Below, piece after piece: positions 59,864 through 64,000 of a DNA stretch of 64,000 bases. The position numbers and the translations under genes are program-made. The notes below the pieces were generated by a model. It did not search any database and was not told the origin of the DNA. It saw only the letters and a list, made by a program, of their open reading frames with translations. The stretch is from a virus (Duplodnaviria; Caudoviricetes), in IMG/VR virus record IMGVR_UViG_3300043468_001158, one strand, 5' to 3'. How positions within the stretch are numbered: the stretch's first letter is position 1; every line of letters begins with the position of its first letter.

Positions 59864-60628
59864 ATGACAAAACTCCACGAAATCCTAGCTGTTGAAAAAA
59901 CTCGTAACACTGCAGTTGCAAAATTACTGGATGACACTAGCAACAAATTCCGTAAAGACCAGTTTTTTGCAGGTCATATCAAAACATTGAAAATGTTGGT
60001 TGATTCTCCGGAAAATGCTGCAATTGAAGAAGCTGCTCGTGACGAAAAAGCTTTGCCAACTACAGTCCCTGAAACTCTTGAATATGTGTTTGACTTCTGG
60101 GCAAAAGCCGAAGACATCACTTTTGCAAAAAATCGTACTAACCAAATTGCCAATGCTGACCTGTTGTTCCGTGGACAAGTATTAGTACCTAATGTACCGG
60201 TTGATGAATTGCTTGGTCTTGAAACTCGTCTGCAAACATTGCGTAATGTGATGGATACGGTTCCAACTTTGGATGCGTCTAAAGAATGGAAAGTAACTGA
60301 CAATGGTCGTAAAGGCGAGTTCGTAACGACAGGTGAAGAAGTCACCAGCAAAACTGAAAAGACAATGACTGCTGTGGTCTTGTATGAAGCAACTGACAAA
60401 CATCCAGCTCAAATTGAAAAAGTGACTGCCGATAAAGTTGTTGGAACATTCAAACGTCGTTTGATTTCTGGTGCTGCTACTTCCAAGCAAAAAGCAGATG
60501 CAATTGCAATTCTTGATGAATTGTTGGTTGAAACCAAACAAGCAAGACAGCGTGCAAACTCTGTTGAAGTCATCAACGAAAAAATCGGTAACACGATTGC
60601 AAACTTGATTTTGGATGTCTTCAAATAA
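59864..60628 (+). CDS. Conserved 254-aa helical protein (recalled as DUF7873-like), upstream of the tRNA-mimic RNA
   Basis: GAGGT RBS; MTKLHEILAVEK, NVPVDELLGLETRL, EATDKHPAQIEKV, FKRRLISGA and ARQRANSVEV match a family I recall from phages and actinobacteria (unverified). Confidence 0.65.
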   Translation: MTKLHEILAVEKTRNTAVAKLLDDTSNKFRKDQFFAGHIKTLKMLVDSPENAAIEEAARDEKALPTTVPETLEYVFDFWAKAEDITFAKNRTNQIANADLLFRGQVLVPNVPVDELLGLETRLQTLRNVMDTVPTLDASKEWKVTDNGRKGEFVTTGEEVTSKTEKTMTAVVLYEATDKHPAQIEKVTADKVVGTFKRRLISGAATSKQKADAIAILDELLVETKQARQRANSVEVINEKIGNTIANLILDVFK

Positions 60629-60632
60629 ACCG

Positions 60633-60661
60633 TTTACATTGACTAAAAAGCATGATAGAAT
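60633..60661 (+). promoter_or_regulatory. Early promoter TTTACA-N17-TAGAAT
   Basis: AACCG-prefixed; positioned to transcribe the leader hairpin, the 119-aa ORF and the downstream RNA. Confidence 0.75.
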
Positions 60662-60671
60662 AGATACAAAT

Positions 60672-60742
60672 AAAAGTTCAACCGGAGCTAATGGATTATC
60701 CCGTTAAGATACAAACCCATAAGCGTTTTTAGTTGTACTTTT
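60672..60742 (+). ncRNA. Structured leader hairpin sharing motifs with the 61690-61758 insertion
   Basis: AAAAGTTCAAC/GTTGTACTTTT outer stem; GCTAATGG/CCATAAGC inner stem; exact 13-mer AGCGTTTTTAGTT also at 61699-61711. Confidence 0.6.
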
Positions 60743-60776
60743 ACCAAATTGTGAAATAAAGTGGAGAGAAAATTCG

Positions 60777-61136
60777 ATGTACAGACCTGAAGGTATAGGC
60801 CAAGTTATTTGGAAGTTTGCAAAATCTTCTAAAGAAGTTACAATGGAAAATCTAAAAGAAGTCATATCAGAATATTCTGGTATTGTACCTGATATGCTTT
60901 CTGATTATTCTGTGTATGAAGTAGTATTTGAAACTGTTGGTCAAGCAATAGAAGCTGGAGTAATCAGAGCTCATATGTTTAGGGATTTTGCAAATGCAAT
61001 TGTTCCATCTCCATTTTTTAGAAATTATCAAGCAATAGAAGTTCTAACTGAATTGACTATGATTCAGTGTATGATAAATATGATTAGATATGTCCAGGTC
61101 ATAGACGGTGATACCATTTTGATTGACCTGGATTAG
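60777..61136 (+). CDS. Hypothetical protein (119 aa) between the RNA elements
   Basis: GGAG RBS; open frame. Confidence 0.65.
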   Translation: MYRPEGIGQVIWKFAKSSKEVTMENLKEVISEYSGIVPDMLSDYSVYEVVFETVGQAIEAGVIRAHMFRDFANAIVPSPFFRNYQAIEVLTELTMIQCMINMIRYVQVIDGDTILIDLD

Positions 61137-61180
61137 AAAACAAACGAGCCAAACTTATCTTTATTATTGTAGTAAATCGT

Positions 61181-61304
61181 TTTAGAATTGATGTGGTGGT
61201 TCGAGTCCATCCTTCCCCACAAAGTGTTTTATCAACATAGAATATTTTGTGGGGAAGTAGAAGAACAGGCATATTCTGCTCTTATGTGAGTATTCAGTTC
61301 TATT
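61181..61304 (+). ncRNA. Circularly permuted tRNA-like module 1
   Basis: T-arm GGTGG-TTCGAGT-CCATC (61195-61211); CTTCCCC (61212-61218) pairs with GGGGAAG (61251-61257) across a capping hairpin; TAGAATTGA pairs with TCAGTTCTA. Confidence 0.7.
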
Positions 61305-61393
61305 ACAAAGTTATCTTCTTCGTATCGCTCAGCATACGTGACTAGGAAGGCATCTTAACAATTGCAAATAGGCACAATCTTATCATTCTATTA

Positions 61394-61502
61394 TGATAAA
61401 CCGAAAGTCGTGGGTTCGAATCCCATTTCCACCTCCACTTGGTATTGAATAGCTCGTCAGTATCAAGTGGGGTGGAGTAACTCAGTGGTTAGAGTGTCGG
61501 TC
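61394..61502 (+). ncRNA. Circularly permuted tRNA-like module 2 (rejoined halves read as a tRNA with GAU anticodon)
   Basis: 3-prime half TGATAA-ACCGA-AAGTC-GTGGG-TTCGAAT-CCCAT-TTCCACC-T-CCA precedes 5-prime half GGTGGAG-TA-ACTC-AGTGGTTA-GAGT-G-TCGGT-C. Confidence 0.88.
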
Positions 61503-61657
61503 AAATATAACTCAAACTCATCGTCAAACATGTGGGTTATTTGCAAAAAGATGTAAGACAAAGGTTCTTGATGACTGGTGGTTAGACAGGTATGTTCTAA
61601 TCGCTAGTCATTCTATAAAAAAGTATTAGAATAAATAGTATTTTTCTATAGAATAAT

Positions 61658-61793
61658 GTGAATGATAGCTCAGTTGGTAGAGCAGCCGCCATCAAAATAG
61701 CGTTTTTAGTTTTTGTTCAATTCACGTTGAACCGTTGAAAATGATTATCCAAATCCAAGCAGCATGTCATAGGTTCGAATCCTATTCATTCAC
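61658..61793 (+). ncRNA. tRNA-like module 3 with a 69-nt insertion in the anticodon loop
   Basis: (G)TGAATGA/TCATTCA(C) acceptor stem; GCTC-AGTTGGTA-GAGC D-arm; GCCGC/GCAGC stem; ATAGG-TTCGAAT-CCTAT T-arm; 3-prime end TTCA rather than CCA; TAAATA at 61632-61637. Confidence 0.82.
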
Positions 61794-61807
61794 TTCAAAT
61801 TATACGT

Positions 61808-61893
61808 GGCATCGTGGGGGAATTAGGTATACCCAGCAGACTTAAAATCTGCCAGCTTCGGCTATCCCGGTTCAAGTCCGGGCGATGCTACCA
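61808..61893 (+). tRNA. tRNA-Leu(TAA)
   Basis: GGCATCG/CGATGCT acceptor stem, GCAGA-CTTAAAA-TCTGC anticodon arm, long variable arm, CCCGG-TTCAAGT-CCGGG T-arm, ACCA. Confidence 0.95.
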
Positions 61894-61917
61894 ATAAATG
61901 CGAATAAACTAATGAAT

Positions 61918-62397
61918 TTATTCAATACTAACAGCTGAAGAACCGGCTTTTTTCATGTTTTCTAACTCCATTTTTAATCGTTCTATTTCTAAAGCGTAAA
62001 GTTGTGTGCAATCAATTCTCGCAGGTTCTTCTCCAATAGGAATAACAATTCGAGCATAAACTCCAATGTCATTACCGGCGATATTATTAGAAGATTCTTG
62101 ATTAGAATAATAATTATTGATAACTTGTGGGTCTGAACTATTAGATGCATTAGTATTTTTTGTTCCGGTAATACCAAAATCTAATGTAGGGCCAATATGA
62201 GTTCCTTGATTACATGTTGTTCCATCACGTCCTCTAACAGAATCTCCACCAATTGAGTTTTGAGGAGTCATTGGCATCATTGGTGAGCCATAACCATTAT
62301 TTGAAACTATAAGTAATAGTATTATTGAGAAACTTTTGTGGTAACTATAGAGCATGTTCTTAACCTCATTGATTGAGAATCTTTTAGAACCGCACAA
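61918..62397 (-). CDS. Secreted protein with C-terminal coiled coil, third gene of the pilin-like cassette
   Basis: Signal-like IILLLIVSNNGYG (true start probably MLYSYHK); DSVRGRDGTTC...LDFGITG...IGVYARIVIPI...RIDCTQLYALEIERLKMEL. Confidence 0.65.
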   Translation of the reverse strand: MCGSKRFSINEVKNMLYSYHKSFSIILLLIVSNNGYGSPMMPMTPQNSIGGDSVRGRDGTTCNQGTHIGPTLDFGITGTKNTNASNSSDPQVINNYYSNQESSNNIAGNDIGVYARIVIPIGEEPARIDCTQLYALEIERLKMELENMKKAGSSAVSIE

Positions 62398-62687
62398 AGA
62401 TAATATTTTGAATTATCTTTTATGATAATATCAATTGGAATAATTCGTTCTTGCTCTTTACCTAAAACAAATTCAGAAATAATTTTGTCTTCATTTTTTT
62501 GTAAATCAATTACTTTTACAAATTCTATAGAAGCAGTTTCAAAGTGACCATAAATTTTAAATTGAATCGGAGTTTTAGTACCAATAACTCCGGTTGTAGT
62601 TATTTTGTTTGGAAAAACACTTACTGCAAATACTGATTGGATTGATATAAAAAAGGTAATAAATAAGTTTATTAGATGCTGTTTCAT
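62322..62687 (-). CDS. Small PapD-like/Ig-fold chaperone-like secreted protein
   Basis: Signal peptide then VSVFP; beta-strand pattern with FVLGKEQERII and a C-terminal Cys pair. Confidence 0.5.
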   Translation of the reverse strand: MKQHLINLFITFFISIQSVFAVSVFPNKITTTGVIGTKTPIQFKIYGHFETASIEFVKVIDLQKNEDKIISEFVLGKEQERIIPIDIIIKDNSKYYLCAVLKDSQSMRLRTCSIVTTKVSQ

Positions 62688-62786
62688 AATATGTCATTTA
62701 TAATTATAAATCCAGTAATAAGTTGAGAGAAGGACCTGGATTAAATCTTTTCGGGTTATAAATTCCCTATCCCCCAACTTATTATT

Positions 62787-63299
62787 TTACATTGTGCAAG
62801 ATACTGGTATTTTTAATTGATATGTTCCAGCAGGGAAAGCAGAACCATCTTGACGCGTAACATTAGCATTTACGGCAATGTTGTATGTTCCGCCATCAAA
62901 GAAGAATGTATTAGACGCAGCATCTGGTCCAAATTGACTTACAGCAACGCCAAATAAATCAGAACCATTACCATTTGCTGAAGTAGTTACAATCGCGTCA
63001 GATAAAACTCCATTAGGACCAATAATAATTGGCGCTCCTAATGGTAAAGAATATCCATTCACATTAGCACGTAAGCTTACTGAAGCTGGAGAACCACCTG
63101 AATTTTCAGAAGATAATTGAGTTTGGTCTGCTGAAGTAGTAATTGTTCCATCGACAAAAGTCATAAGATTACAAGATGGAGCTACAGTTCCATTAAATTT
63201 TAAGTCTCCTGATGTTGGTCCGACTGCTGCAGGTAAAATAGCTGCAGAAGCTGAAAAACTAATTAAAAGACTGAGTGGTAAAAGTAATATTCCTTTCAT
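62787..63299 (-). CDS. Fimbrial (pilin-like) subunit
   Basis: Signal peptide ending FSASA; LKFNGTVAPSC; C-terminal FPAGTYQLKIPVSC; TATAAATA on the minus strand at 63357-63364 and 63391-63398. Confidence 0.65.
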   Translation of the reverse strand: MKGILLLPLSLLISFSASAAILPAAVGPTSGDLKFNGTVAPSCNLMTFVDGTITTSADQTQLSSENSGGSPASVSLRANVNGYSLPLGAPIIIGPNGVLSDAIVTTSANGNGSDLFGVAVSQFGPDAASNTFFFDGGTYNIAVNANVTRQDGSAFPAGTYQLKIPVSCTM

Positions 63300-63440
63300 T
63301 TTTATTTCCTTTTAAGTTGTTGATAATAAACTCATCATAATAATCTCAGCAAATGCTATTTATATAAATTTGCATTAGGTCATTTCAGGTTATTTATATA
63401 AGTTGGAAGTGACCAGTCAAATTATAATTTGTATAAACTA

Positions 63441-64000
63441 TCAAAAGGAATAAACAAAGTTGGTCGCAATCATCCACCAATTTTCATACGCACCTGGGTC
63501 TGCATTATAGTTTTCAGGTAATGCCCATCTTCCACCTTGTATCTTATGTGCTTCAAGTCCAATCATCCAATTATCACGATGATAGTTCAAACCAAAATTG
63601 ATGTCACCAGTATGAATTGTCGTATAAGGTGGTGTTGGTAAATTTTTTAGTTGCTGAGAGTGGTAAAAATTATAATTTGCATATCCAGATACATGTTCTG
63701 TTATTTCATAACGAGCACTAAACGAATATCCACCTGACCATTGACCCGGTGAATCCCATTCATTGAAGAAGGTTTTGACACGAATATCTTCAGCAGACAA
63801 AGTCAAATCTCGCCACGTGTATTCCAAACTATTCACAAAGATGTTCAACTTCTGGTCTTGATTGACATCATTTGGAAAGATAATTGCCATAGTTTGACTA
63901 GTCTTATTTCCTAAATTGATACGTGCCCATGAGGATTTGAAAACCAGGTCATCATAAGTATATTTCAATGTGGCTAATCGGTAATCCCCAAAACTTGTAT
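63441..64000 (-). CDS. Outer-membrane beta-barrel (porin-like) protein, partial (start lies beyond the window)
   Basis: Frame stays open from 64000 through the track start at 63968; alternating aromatic strands; C-terminal MIATNFVYSF ending in Phe. Confidence 0.7.
   Translation of the reverse strand, partial: TSFGDYRLATLKYTYDDLVFKSSWARINLGNKTSQTMAIIFPNDVNQDQKLNIFVNSLEYTWRDLTLSAEDIRVKTFFNEWDSPGQWSGGYSFSARYEITEHVSGYANYNFYHSQQLKNLPTPPYTTIHTGDINFGLNYHRDNWMIGLEAHKIQGGRWALPENYNADPGAYENWWMIATNFVYSF

Larger units (their letters stand above)
2560..63398. promoter_or_regulatory. Family of T4-like late promoters, core TAAATA (often TATAAATA)
   Basis: Correctly oriented intergenic copies at 2560, 3204, 16527, 20510, 26800, 30302, 32867, 32880, 37705, 41436, 42428, 47827, 49802, 52332, 55521, 57816, 58671, 61632, 63357 and 63391; consistent with the gp55 gene. 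Confidence 0.8.

Noticed and set aside
61690-61758. Group I/II intron or known self-cleaving ribozyme in the tRNA-like modules
   Set aside because: The inserts (58 and 69 nt) are too short, and I could not find P7, hammerhead or HDV core motifs by eye. An Infernal search is needed to exclude this fully.
61930-61960. Possible terminator after tRNA-Leu (AGCTG..CGGCT-TTTTT)
   Set aside because: Only a 5-bp stem with a G-U pair, lying inside a minus-strand CDS; too weak to call.
2072-62177. Many short track ORFs overlapping long genes (e.g. 2072-2281, 8327-8868, 16100-16471, 29261-29671, 38314-38697, 59924-60624)
   Set aside because: They are antisense or off-frame shadows of well-supported genes, with no RBS or recognisable motifs.

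Overview
This window is a 64-kb segment of an AT-rich, lytic, T4-superfamily jumbo myophage genome using the standard genetic code. Sigma70-type promoters, IHF-consensus sites and an outer-membrane beta-barrel gene suggest a proteobacterial host (inference). From 1 to 26.8 kb (minus strand) is a tail/baseplate module: a partial repeat-rich tail fibre, 1370-aa and 3059-aa structural proteins, gp6, gp25, gp5-like, hub, gp53-like, gp48/54-like and a nucleotidyltransferase. From 26.9 to 44.8 kb are the gp55 late sigma factor, gp47/gp46, a resolvase, gp51/gp26-like genes, a tape-measure-like gene and the head genes gp20-gp21-gp22-gp23. The head cluster is interrupted by six modular paralogous putative head-cargo genes and a GIY-YIG endonuclease. 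From 44.8 to 64 kb is an accessory region of small early genes, isolated late-promoter genes, two intact tRNAs, a pilin/chaperone-like cassette and a partial porin. The most unusual signal is non-coding. At 61.14-61.80 kb is a structured RNA with three tRNA-like modules: two are circularly permuted (3-prime half, capped acceptor stem, 5-prime half) and one has a 69-nt anticodon-loop insertion. It carries repeated CAA(A/T)(C/G)T(T/C)ATC motifs and lies downstream of a conserved 254-aa gene. A fourth tRNA-like RNA with two elbows lies at 57.08-57.21 kb. Also notable are a ~240-bp inverted repeat with IHF sites whose two copies are 37 kb apart, and a 16-bp palindrome at identical spacing upstream of three early promoters. 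All calls come from reading the sequence and recalling motifs; no searches or folding programs were run.
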